Source: a virus
Taxonomy: Duplodnaviria; Caudoviricetes
Virus record (IMG/VR): IMGVR_UViG_3300043173_000726
Location: 1 to 31,736 of that record
DNA length: 31,736 bases
Direction: 5' to 3' (one strand)
Part shown: piece after piece, positions 7,877-17,268 of the stretch
Numbering within the stretch: the stretch's first letter is position 1
Layout of the letters: each line of letters starts with the position of its first letter
Notes under the pieces: model-generated
The model's input: the letters and a program-made list of their open reading frames with translations, nothing else
Databases searched by the model: none
Told to the model about the DNA's origin: nothing
Program-made: the position numbers and the translations under genes

Positions 7877-9124
7877 ATGGCATCACCACTACTGAAGAAA
7901 TGGACTCCAAATGTGACCTATGAGTTTGATTTAAGAATTGCCAATAAAGATTACTCAAATGATTTAGTTTCTGTCTCAATAAGATCAGCAGTAAATACCC
8001 CCTATCAAAATATTAGTTTGGATCTATTTCTTGATTCTACAGATATTATTCTTGAAGAAATATATGGTCAAACTCCCATAAAATTATCTATCAAATTAAA
8101 GGGGCAAGTTACTTGGACACAACAACAAGTTGATTTTGATCTATTATTTTTAAATATAAATACAGACTATGCTATGCAAAGGGTTAGTAGTCTAACAGAT
8201 CAATCAGAACGAACTGCTGTAAGGTTTGAAACTATATCAAGATCAGCTTATGAAACAATGTCAACAATCGTTAATGAATTATTTTTTGGAAAGAAACCAG
8301 AAGATATTGTTAATTCTGTATTAGGAAAAACATCTGCTACTATTGAGTATGATACTAATAATAAAAGTAAACTTTCAATAGATCAATTTTTAATTCCCCC
8401 AAGCACAACATATCAAACAATTAAATATTTAGATAGGACATATGGAATATTTCAAGGGATATTAGGATTTCATTGTTCATTTGATAATATAGTAAAGATA
8501 CAAAACTTATCAAAGAAAACGACATCATCTCAATCTCTTACAGTTTATCAACTTGCAACACAAACAGATCAATCAAAAATATTAAGTGACACAGATCCTA
8601 CAAAATTTTATACAAAGCTTCCTGTAAAAGTTTTTAATAGAGGAAACTCTGTCTTTTCAGTATTATCACCAACAAATAGATATATAGTTAAACCTAGAAA
8701 TCAACTCTATAAAACGATTGATATAAATACTGAAGACCTAACACAAAATTATGGTTTAATATCTAAAACTATTACTAGCAAAGTAGAGATATTTTATGAT
8801 AAATTTGCCATCAAAACTGATAAAAGAATAACATACCACACAAACCAAACAGGATATGATGAAGATAATACTTTTATTCAAGCAACTTTGTCAAAAGGAA
8901 TTAAAGATCTAAGTCAAATCACAATTGAACTACAACATAATTTACCAATATTAAATCTAATGGCAGTTGGAGAAGGAGTTAATTTTATTCCTCAAGTCTC
9001 TGACTATAAATCTTTAGGTGGTTTCTATGTATTAAAAGCAAGTGAACTTGGATGGATAAGATCTAAAACTTGGGAATCATGGGCACGACTTCATATGATG
9101 AGATCAAATATTTCAGTTATTTAA
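7877..9124 (+). CDS. Putative baseplate hub protein (gp27/gpD/VgrG-like)
   Basis: About 415 aa, beta-rich pattern (DLVSVSIRSAVNTPY; C-terminal VGEGVNF...GGFYVLKASE), under motif L; fold call is inference. Confidence 0.45.
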   Translation: MASPLLKKWTPNVTYEFDLRIANKDYSNDLVSVSIRSAVNTPYQNISLDLFLDSTDIILEEIYGQTPIKLSIKLKGQVTWTQQQVDFDLLFLNINTDYAMQRVSSLTDQSERTAVRFETISRSAYETMSTIVNELFFGKKPEDIVNSVLGKTSATIEYDTNNKSKLSIDQFLIPPSTTYQTIKYLDRTYGIFQGILGFHCSFDNIVKIQNLSKKTTSSQSLTVYQLATQTDQSKILSDTDPTKFYTKLPVKVFNRGNSVFSVLSPTNRYIVKPRNQLYKTIDINTEDLTQNYGLISKTITSKVEIFYDKFAIKTDKRITYHTNQTGYDEDNTFIQATLSKGIKDLSQITIELQHNLPILNLMAVGEGVNFIPQVSDYKSLGGFYVLKASELGWIRSKTWESWARLHMMRSNISVI

Positions 9125-9126
9125 TT

Positions 9127-9139
9127 AGAACAAATAAAA
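9127..9139 (+). promoter_or_regulatory. Putative late promoter, motif L variant (AGAACAAATAAAA)
   Basis: In the 27-nt gap before the terminase gene, upstream of SD AAGGAG. Confidence 0.45.
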
Positions 9140-9151
9140 AAGGAGACTCAT

Positions 9152-10810
9152 ATGGCAAAGAAAATACCAAATCATATGAAGACTCTTGCAAATAAGTATA
9201 TACAAGAATACTTAAAATGCAAAAATTCATTCGATTATTTCTGTACTCATTACGTTTATATTGAGTTACCGGGAAAAGATGTTCTCCTTTCGCCTTATGG
9301 GAAACAAACTGAATTAATCGATTTAATTGAAAAACGCAAATATGTATTAGTTCTAAAGAGTCGACAAATTGGAATATCAACTATTATACAAGCATATGCT
9401 GCTTGGTTAGTAATATTCTTTTCTAATACAGTAATTGGAGTTATTTCAAAGGACGGCAAGGAAGCTACAGACTTTGCTAGAGCTATTCGTGGAATGATAG
9501 AAAAGATTCCTGATTGGATGAAACCTCCACAAGGATTATTAGGAAGAGGTTTCGCAAAAAGAGCAGAGCAATCATTTATTTTAACCAATGGTTCCAAAGT
9601 ATTCGCATCGCCTGTGAATCCAAACAGACCAGAGAATACACTTCGTGGTAAGGCACTAACATTCTTAGTTATCGATGAGGCAGCATTCGTTAATCATATT
9701 GATTCTGCCTGGACTTCAATGGTTCCTGCTCTTTCTACAAATCAAATGCACGCAAGAAAGATGGGAATACCATTTGGTACAGTAGTATTATCAACTCCAA
9801 ACAAGACAGTTGGAATTGGTCAATGGTATTTCAAGAGATATAGTAAAGCTATTAGCAACGAAGATATCTTCAGACCATTTGTTATTCATTGGAAAATGAT
9901 TCCCGAATTAGCAGACGATCCTTATTGGTATAAGACACAATGTGCTCTATTCGATCATGATAAGAAAAAGATTGCTCAAGAGTTAGAATTAAAATTCTTA
10001 CCAACCGAAGGATCATTCTTTGAAGCATCAACCGTTGAGATTATGCAAGACTCAACAACGAAACCTATTGCAAAACTCAAACTATACAATGGAGAGATTT
10101 GGAAATTTGCAGAACGAGAACCAAAAACTCATTATATTCTTGGAGTAGATACTGCTCCAGAACACGGAGAAGATAAATCAGCAGTGACTGTTTGGAATTA
10201 TAGAACATTAGAGCAGGTCTGGGAATATCAAGGTAAATGTAAAGTATTAGATTTTGTTAAAGTTATAAAAGTAGCAGCCACTGAATATCCTGGAACTATC
10301 GTCGTTGAAACCACTGGAGGATATGGTAATCAAGTTGTTGAACATTTAAACAACAGCGAACTTTCTATTATGTTGTATAAAGAGAAAAAAGGAGCTCAAA
10401 CTCTTCAAGCAGGTCTTTCAAACAATGCTAAAACTAGACCTCTAATGATTGATGCTCTATATTCTTATATGTCTGAATTTCCGGAGAGCGTTAAATCTGA
10501 AAGACTCGCATTAGAATTAACTGGACTTGTATCAAAACCAAATGGAAGAGTTGAAGCTGATGTAGGATGTCATGACGATTTAGCATTAGCAACTGCATGT
10601 TGTATGTATGTTAGAAAATATGATCCTCCACTATTACTTGGGGATGAAGATTTTACTTTGACAGGAGCTATGATGAAAGATATTGTTCAATATAATGTTC
10701 CTGGAGATAATCTTGAAATGACAAATGTTAGCATAATGAAAAATGTAAAAAGTAATATAGGTGAGAAGAGTGGGTTCATTGATATTATGACTATGTATTC
10801 AAGCGATTAA
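9152..10810 (+). CDS. terL: Terminase large subunit (T4 gp17-like)
   Basis: Walker A LKSRQIGIST, Walker B LVIDEAAF, coupling motif LSTPN, nuclease motifs ILGVDTA and HDDLALA. Confidence 0.95.
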   Translation: MAKKIPNHMKTLANKYIQEYLKCKNSFDYFCTHYVYIELPGKDVLLSPYGKQTELIDLIEKRKYVLVLKSRQIGISTIIQAYAAWLVIFFSNTVIGVISKDGKEATDFARAIRGMIEKIPDWMKPPQGLLGRGFAKRAEQSFILTNGSKVFASPVNPNRPENTLRGKALTFLVIDEAAFVNHIDSAWTSMVPALSTNQMHARKMGIPFGTVVLSTPNKTVGIGQWYFKRYSKAISNEDIFRPFVIHWKMIPELADDPYWYKTQCALFDHDKKKIAQELELKFLPTEGSFFEASTVEIMQDSTTKPIAKLKLYNGEIWKFAEREPKTHYILGVDTAPEHGEDKSAVTVWNYRTLEQVWEYQGKCKVLDFVKVIKVAATEYPGTIVVETTGGYGNQVVEHLNNSELSIMLYKEKKGAQTLQAGLSNNAKTRPLMIDALYSYMSEFPESVKSERLALELTGLVSKPNGRVEADVGCHDDLALATACCMYVRKYDPPLLLGDEDFTLTGAMMKDIVQYNVPGDNLEMTNVSIMKNVKSNIGEKSGFIDIMTMYSSD

Positions 10811-10821
10811 GGAGTTACTAA

Positions 10822-11712
10822 ATGGACGAACAAACATTAGAAGAGTTTTTCTCTGTTCCTATTGGACTAGAGGAAGTTGATAATCTATACGGATTTAAAC
10901 TATACAGCTCTGATAGATTAGTCCAATCGTATCTAAATGCAATAAAAAGATCTGGGAGAGGCAATCCTGTATATAAATCCATTGAAGATTTAGTTAAAAA
11001 GAAAAAGATAATGCCGATCTATCAAATAAAAGGCATTTTTAAATTCTTTAAACATAAGATGTTTGGCAATCCAGAAGATAAAGCAATCCTTGGTTTCTAT
11101 CATATGGGAGTCAAAAGAGTTTATATAATGATTGACAACAACATCTCAATCCTTGGTCATGCAAAAAATGATGATATTGCAAGCACTACAATACATGAGT
11201 GTCAACATTTATTCGCTGATATGAATAGATCAAAGTTCATGTCTATCTTTAGAGAAGATATGGATAGATATTATATATCTGCATTCTCAAGAATATTTGA
11301 ATTTAATCAAATACCAAAAAATGAAATGAATAAGCTCATAAACTTTATATCGACATTTGAAGGAGAAGGATTAAACAAAGTAAAAAACAAATTAGAAAAG
11401 TATAGAAGCTTTCTTATGCCACTTCAAAAATATTCAAAGATCAATGAAGGTGAATTTATAAAAAGAGTTAATGATATTTTATTATTGATTAAATTATTTA
11501 CAGAAAGATTTGATTTATTCCTCAAAATATATAGAAAATACACACACATTTTTGGCCCTCTTGATAGAGCTTATAAAGATGCATTTGGAAAGAGAAATTC
11601 ATATACTACCCCATATCAAGAGTTGATTTCAGTATCTGAAGTTATATGTGTTTTGTCTGAAATCTTACCAAGCAATCCAAGAATAAAGAAAGGATTTAAG
11701 ACGTTTTCGTAA
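10822..11712 (+). CDS. Putative zincin-like metallopeptidase (HExxH)
   Basis: ILGFYH...VYIMID...TTIHECQH pattern; SD AAGGAG. Confidence 0.5.
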   Translation: MDEQTLEEFFSVPIGLEEVDNLYGFKLYSSDRLVQSYLNAIKRSGRGNPVYKSIEDLVKKKKIMPIYQIKGIFKFFKHKMFGNPEDKAILGFYHMGVKRVYIMIDNNISILGHAKNDDIASTTIHECQHLFADMNRSKFMSIFREDMDRYYISAFSRIFEFNQIPKNEMNKLINFISTFEGEGLNKVKNKLEKYRSFLMPLQKYSKINEGEFIKRVNDILLLIKLFTERFDLFLKIYRKYTHIFGPLDRAYKDAFGKRNSYTTPYQELISVSEVICVLSEILPSNPRIKKGFKTFS

Positions 11713-11723
11713 GGAGATAAAGT

Positions 11724-14699
11724 ATGCCAGAAAAAACAACACCTGGAAGTATCACACAGACTGCCGATGTTCAAAGAGATCGTATTAATAATATCAGTAA
11801 TGTATCCAGAGCGATCAATGAGATGCAGAAGGATGTTGATCAAAAGATATCTGAAACAAATAAACGAGTTGAACGTAAAGAAGAAGTACAAGCTGTTCAA
11901 GGTCTAATGACTCAAACCATTGGGAAATTAAATCAAACCATTGGTGCATTGTCTACAGGTGTTACAAGAATTACTGCTGATACTGCCAAAGCAACAGCTG
12001 GAGCTATTGGTCAATACGGAAAAGCAATCAGTGAAGATATTAGCTTCAATAAGAAAAGTGTTGTTGCTATGGCACTCGCCAAAACCTCACCATTATACGG
12101 TTACTTCGTGTCTAAATTCATGGAAACTAATGTTTGGAAACAAGCATTAACGAAAATGAAAACTTCCATTATGCAAACTATGGGAGCCATTCTTAGACCA
12201 TTTAAAGGTGGTGCTGCAAAAGGTGGTCAAGTACCAGGAGCACAAACTGGAGGGTATATTGGTCAGGGAGGTTTGGCAAAAGTCCATGCTGGAGAAATGA
12301 TAACTCCAGCTAGTGGGGTTACAGGTGGGTTTGGCGGTGATATGAGTCGAGTTGTTGAATTATTAGAACAACAATTATCCTATGCACAAAAAACTTTTGG
12401 ATATGAAGAAAAGTATTATCGAAGTTGGTTTTCAAGAATGTCCCCTATGAGAGTCATCCGAGCATTCAGAAGAAGCAAAGGAAATTATGCAGCACAGCTA
12501 TCTTCATCATCTCAACCATTAACAAATATCGCTCACAATATTGCTACACTTTACACGCAATTAATGTGGCGTCTAGATAACATGATGGAGATTCAAAAGG
12601 CAAACGCCACAGCTAATCGTGACCTTACTACATATTTTACTGGAGTTAAATATCCTGCAATCAAAGGTATTAGATTAAGAAGCTTAGTTAAACCTCTCAT
12701 TAGAAAAATAGTGGGTGGTATTATCAAAGCTGCTCCTAAAGTGGCACTAGCAACTTTATTAGCAACAGGTGCTCCTTGGTCAGTTGTTGCTGCAATTGCT
12801 GGGCCAGTTGCTGTAGGGTCTATAGTAAAAAGAGCAGAGAAAAAGAGAAAAAAAGAAGCCAAAGCAAAAGGAGAAGAATTTGAACCAGGATTCCTTTCAA
12901 AGAGAAGAGGTCTATATAAAGAAGAAGGACCTGGTATTCTAGCATCAATAGGTTCATCTATAAAAGGCAAGTATAGAGGGTTGTTTCCAACGGCCGAAAT
13001 GGTTGAACAAAGAGGTATGGGTCGTGGTGGAACTGCAGGCGGGTTGGAAGGAATTGAAGGTCGTAAGCGGGATCCCAACACTTCTGTTCTAACTATCAGT
13101 CCAAAATTATTAGCAACACATATAGCAATAGCAATTCAAAATGAACAAGGAGGTAGAAGTGGACGAAGAAGACCTCTTTGGGTTGCACCTTTATCAAGTA
13201 ATCAGACAAAAAAATATTATAAATTTTCTATGCTACAAGATAAAAAGCAAACAAAAGCATTAACTTTAATAAAAACTACAAATAAAAAACATCTGTCTAT
13301 ACAAGAAAAATGGATAAGACTTCAAAAGAAATGGAGACTAATGAATTGGATAAGTAAAATACTTGGTTGGGTAGGTAGTTTTGTAGGAACTATAACAGGA
13401 ATATTAACTGATATCTTTACTAGTGTATTTTCAAGTCCATTAGTACTAGCAGCAATAACTGCAGCATTAGGTGGAGTAGCTATTGGTACTTTTATAAATA
13501 AGCATATAACAAAACCAATACAAGGTTTTTTAGACAAGCAAACGCAAGCTGTTAAAGATCTATATGAGAAAAGTCATGCAGAATGGGAAAGACAAAATTT
13601 TAAAAATATAAGGGATAAAACTAAAGGTATTGAAGGATATGAAGCACGCCAAAAATCAAGCGTTACAAGTGGGTTGTATAAAACTGAGAAGAAACGACGA
13701 TCTGATGTTACATCCTGGTATAGTGCTACTCTTGGTCAAGTTGAATTTAATGCAATTACTGGAGCACAAAAACAATATCAGATGGAAAATATCAATAGAT
13801 ATTTAGCATATGATGGAAATGAAATTTTAAGAATGAGAAATGAATGGCTTGATAAAGGCGGATATTGGCGGGGTGTTATTCCCGGTGAAGGTTTATTGCC
13901 AGGAACCGGTGGTATTATACCATACGGAAGAGGCAGGGAAGCATCATTCTTAACATATCTAGAAGGTCATGGTACAAAACTAACTGAAAAACAACGTGAC
14001 ATATCAATTTTAAAATACGATAAACAAGTAGAAGATCTCCAACAAAAAGGAGCACTTCCCACACCAAAACCACCAGAAAAGTTAAGCATGGGCCAGAAGG
14101 CAATAAATGCTAGAGCTGCAGCAAAAAATGTATTAACATCTATCTACGGATTCTCTGAGATAGCTGCAGAACAAAAATTAAAACATATTATAAGTCAAAT
14201 AGATCCTAATAGTCCTGTACTTTATAATGAACGAGCTCTTGAAAATGTAGTAAGAAAAGCAATGAAATATGATACTTCTATTACGGGAAGAATGTTTCGT
14301 AGTCCAGCAAAATATGATAGAATAATTAAAGAATCAGCCGCTAAAGAAAGAGCTTCTTTAGAAGGAAAAATTCCAGTCGAAGACTCGAGAGTTCAAGATG
14401 GTAGATCAGCAACTATTAATGCTTCAACTCTTGCAAAACAGGACATGGAAAGTATTGAAAAACAAGCGGAACTTACATCAACTCCAGTTGTTGACGAAAT
14501 AAAAGTATTGGAAGATAAAGTAGAAAAATCAAATGACAAAGCAAGTACAGAAATTCAACAAACACAGATAAATTCAGTAAACAATATGTCTACTTCTATA
14601 AGCGACAGTTCTGCAGTTACTACTGGGGGAGGTGGAGGAGGTGGAGTTTATGGACTGGATCCTTGGCAACAATACGCAATTCTTGGTGGGATGCATTAA
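11724..14699 (+). CDS. Tape-measure-like tail protein
   Basis: 991 aa; Ala/Gly/Lys-rich helical sequence, two hydrophobic segments, GGYIGQGGLAKVHAGEMITP motif common in tape-measure proteins, Ser/Gly-rich C-terminus. Confidence 0.65.
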   Translation: MPEKTTPGSITQTADVQRDRINNISNVSRAINEMQKDVDQKISETNKRVERKEEVQAVQGLMTQTIGKLNQTIGALSTGVTRITADTAKATAGAIGQYGKAISEDISFNKKSVVAMALAKTSPLYGYFVSKFMETNVWKQALTKMKTSIMQTMGAILRPFKGGAAKGGQVPGAQTGGYIGQGGLAKVHAGEMITPASGVTGGFGGDMSRVVELLEQQLSYAQKTFGYEEKYYRSWFSRMSPMRVIRAFRRSKGNYAAQLSSSSQPLTNIAHNIATLYTQLMWRLDNMMEIQKANATANRDLTTYFTGVKYPAIKGIRLRSLVKPLIRKIVGGIIKAAPKVALATLLATGAPWSVVAAIAGPVAVGSIVKRAEKKRKKEAKAKGEEFEPGFLSKRRGLYKEEGPGILASIGSSIKGKYRGLFPTAEMVEQRGMGRGGTAGGLEGIEGRKRDPNTSVLTISPKLLATHIAIAIQNEQGGRSGRRRPLWVAPLSSNQTKKYYKFSMLQDKKQTKALTLIKTTNKKHLSIQEKWIRLQKKWRLMNWISKILGWVGSFVGTITGILTDIFTSVFSSPLVLAAITAALGGVAIGTFINKHITKPIQGFLDKQTQAVKDLYEKSHAEWERQNFKNIRDKTKGIEGYEARQKSSVTSGLYKTEKKRRSDVTSWYSATLGQVEFNAITGAQKQYQMENINRYLAYDGNEILRMRNEWLDKGGYWRGVIPGEGLLPGTGGIIPYGRGREASFLTYLEGHGTKLTEKQRDISILKYDKQVEDLQQKGALPTPKPPEKLSMGQKAINARAAAKNVLTSIYGFSEIAAEQKLKHIISQIDPNSPVLYNERALENVVRKAMKYDTSITGRMFRSPAKYDRIIKESAAKERASLEGKIPVEDSRVQDGRSATINASTLAKQDMESIEKQAELTSTPVVDEIKVLEDKVEKSNDKASTEIQQTQINSVNNMSTSISDSSAVTTGGGGGGGVYGLDPWQQYAILGGMH

Positions 14700-14712
14700 A
14701 GGAGATTAAATA

Positions 14713-16149
14713 ATGGCAGAGACATTTAACATGACGCCCTCGCAATCACAAATTCAAATAGTTGAACATGAGACTGCAATCAATTTCACAAATGCAGCAT
14801 TTTCCGGAGGGTCGGCAAAAATTCAAACACTGCAATCTATTTTTGGTCTTCCTCCTGATAATATATTACCTGAAACAAATAGAAAGATATTAGACTCTAT
14901 GCCTATATGTCATTTTATGCCAGGGATTCCAGATTTTACATTAGGTCTAGATTTATTCAGAATCAAATCTGCATGGACTGAAAACACATCTGGCGATCCA
15001 TCGTATTTAGAATTGTTAAAAGCCCATGGATTTGAAACTCCAAATACATTTGCTCAAGGAATAAAAGTTGCATATTTAGCAGATACATTTCCTACTGATA
15101 CATTTACAAATGAATATGGTGAAAACTTTCTGCAAGGATTAACTGATGTTGCTTCTCAAAAAGCAACTGAAATTACTCAAATGATGGGAACGAAAACCCT
15201 AACAGGTGCAGTTCAAAAACTAGGAAAGCCAATAGTAGCAGCTACCTCAGCAGGCGCTGAAAAACTCGTTGGTAAAGATGCAGCTAAAATAGCAGGTAAT
15301 TTTATAACAGATGCGGCAACTGCTGCTATGGACATAACAAAAGGTTTAATCAATTCATTTAATGTAGGCAAAAGTGTAAACCTAGTAAATAGGTTAGCAG
15401 CTGGAGCTAGAATTGATTTTCCAATGATATGGAAATCAAGTGGTTTCCAACCATCATATACAATGACAATCAGATTATATAATCCAAATCCTAGAAGTGT
15501 TGCTGATACAAAAAAATATATAGTCGGTCCAATTGTTGCCTTAATGTTACTCGCTGTTCCAATTACTCAAGATGGGTCTACATTTAGTTGGCCATTTTTT
15601 CATAGAATTATGTCTCCTGGAATATATGATCTTAATCCAGGTTTCATTTCAAACATTACAGTTATCAAGGGTGGGGATCAACAACAAATTTCTCAACAAC
15701 AACATCTTGGAATTGTAGACGTAAGAATTGATGTTGGTAGTTTATTCAGTACAATGGTTTCTGGAAAAACTTCTCTTTCACAAAAAACAAGACCAACAGT
15801 TAAGAAATATATGAATGCTATGTTAAATCCAACTCCAGCAAGACATTCAGTATATGATAGACAAGGAATATTAAAGAAAGATGATATAGCTCAAACAGAT
15901 TCTATATGGGCAAATAATAGAAAAAGATCTGCAACAGAACAAGATGCAAAACAGAGACGGGCAGATCAACCAGAAATAAAAGAAACTCCAAGTGAGACTC
16001 CAACAGATAGGGTAATTCTCAGCGAACAGATTACAGCAGCTAGATTAGATCTATTAAACTGTAAAGGGCGGGAAACTTGTGTAGCTGAAAAAACAGCAAC
16101 TCTTAATGATCTTCTTGAAGAAAAGGCAGGTAGGGATGAAGAAGAATAA
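14713..16149 (+). CDS. Putative tail-tube initiator / baseplate protein (gp48/gp54-like)
   Basis: Follows the tape-measure-like gene; FPMIWKSSGFQPSYTMTIRLYNP and FISNITVIKGG resemble tube-fold baseplate proteins; inference. Confidence 0.4.
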   Translation: MAETFNMTPSQSQIQIVEHETAINFTNAAFSGGSAKIQTLQSIFGLPPDNILPETNRKILDSMPICHFMPGIPDFTLGLDLFRIKSAWTENTSGDPSYLELLKAHGFETPNTFAQGIKVAYLADTFPTDTFTNEYGENFLQGLTDVASQKATEITQMMGTKTLTGAVQKLGKPIVAATSAGAEKLVGKDAAKIAGNFITDAATAAMDITKGLINSFNVGKSVNLVNRLAAGARIDFPMIWKSSGFQPSYTMTIRLYNPNPRSVADTKKYIVGPIVALMLLAVPITQDGSTFSWPFFHRIMSPGIYDLNPGFISNITVIKGGDQQQISQQQHLGIVDVRIDVGSLFSTMVSGKTSLSQKTRPTVKKYMNAMLNPTPARHSVYDRQGILKKDDIAQTDSIWANNRKRSATEQDAKQRRADQPEIKETPSETPTDRVILSEQITAARLDLLNCKGRETCVAEKTATLNDLLEEKAGRDEEE

Positions 16150-17268
16150 TTAACAAATTGAATTTTTTAACACACCTGTTAAATAAAACGCAAGGAAGGA
16201 ATTAATAATAAATTGAGTCTGTGAGGTATATGAATTATAGGTTTCTATAAAATCGTTTTCTTTTAAAATTTTCATTAACAAAACATTTATCTGTTGTTTA
16301 AAATACATTCTACTTCTAGTTCTCTTAATCGACATTAATCTTCTAACATAAACAATATAATCTTTTCCACATATCTCTGATGGTTTAGTAGCATCTTTTA
16401 CGAATAATAGAAGAGTTGATTTTATATTATCACTATATTTGAGTTCGGGAAGACTTTTTAATATCATATCCGCAATAGAATTTCTCACCTTTGTTGTTCT
16501 CTTAGCTTCTTCAAAAGCTTTCCTATCAATTGTTTTATATACAGTAATTCGTTTTACAGTATTATCAACAACTCGTCTACCCTTTTCCAATGTAACTAAT
16601 TGTTGTTGAACTCCATATTCATCTTCTACATCTTCTGGATGAGTTTTAATTCTAGTCCCTTCTTTATGAGATCTATAATAATGTTGAGCAAAACTCTTTA
16701 CACTCTGAGATATTCTATGCCTTGATGCAGAAATAAAATCAATTAATTTATCAACATCCCAGTTAGCAAGATCATTTGTATATTTCTTTTGCATTTCTCT
16801 TGATAAATAAATGATACTATTTCCTATTGTTTTTTCTCTAGAAAATAGATGAGTTTTAGTAAGATTCTCTAAAGCGTATCTAAACAAATCAATATCACAA
16901 AATCTTATAAAATGTTTATGCATTAGATGTGAATATTGACGAATCATATAATAAAGCATTGCTGCTTCGAATCCATCTTTCTTTCTATTCTTCAGAAATA
17001 CATGCATTATAAACATCATAATATTATGATCGGGCATTCTCCAAAGATTCCATTTCTCTGCTCGAGTTCCCTTATACATTCGTTTGATAAATTCTTTGAC
17101 ATCCCTATCACTTAATCTTAATTGTCGAAGTAGTTCATGGTAGGTTTTTTTTAGTGGCGGGAAGTAGCATGGTTCTGATAGTTTTGATAATTCGAAGGCA
17201 GCTGCCATTTTGATATACCTATGTAACTGTGGTATATTTATATTAGCTCTTTTTAGTAGCTCTTCCAT
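16150..17268 (-). CDS. Basic helical protein; possible sigma-like RNAP specificity subunit (phiKZ gp68 / AR9 gp226-like)
   Basis: The ORF is clear (372 aa, coupled to the wedge gene); the functional call rests on a remembered resemblance of the central region only. Confidence 0.35.
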   Translation of the reverse strand: MEELLKRANINIPQLHRYIKMAAAFELSKLSEPCYFPPLKKTYHELLRQLRLSDRDVKEFIKRMYKGTRAEKWNLWRMPDHNIMMFIMHVFLKNRKKDGFEAAMLYYMIRQYSHLMHKHFIRFCDIDLFRYALENLTKTHLFSREKTIGNSIIYLSREMQKKYTNDLANWDVDKLIDFISASRHRISQSVKSFAQHYYRSHKEGTRIKTHPEDVEDEYGVQQQLVTLEKGRRVVDNTVKRITVYKTIDRKAFEEAKRTTKVRNSIADMILKSLPELKYSDNIKSTLLLFVKDATKPSEICGKDYIVYVRRLMSIKRTRSRMYFKQQINVLLMKILKENDFIETYNSYTSQTQFIINSFLAFYLTGVLKNSIC

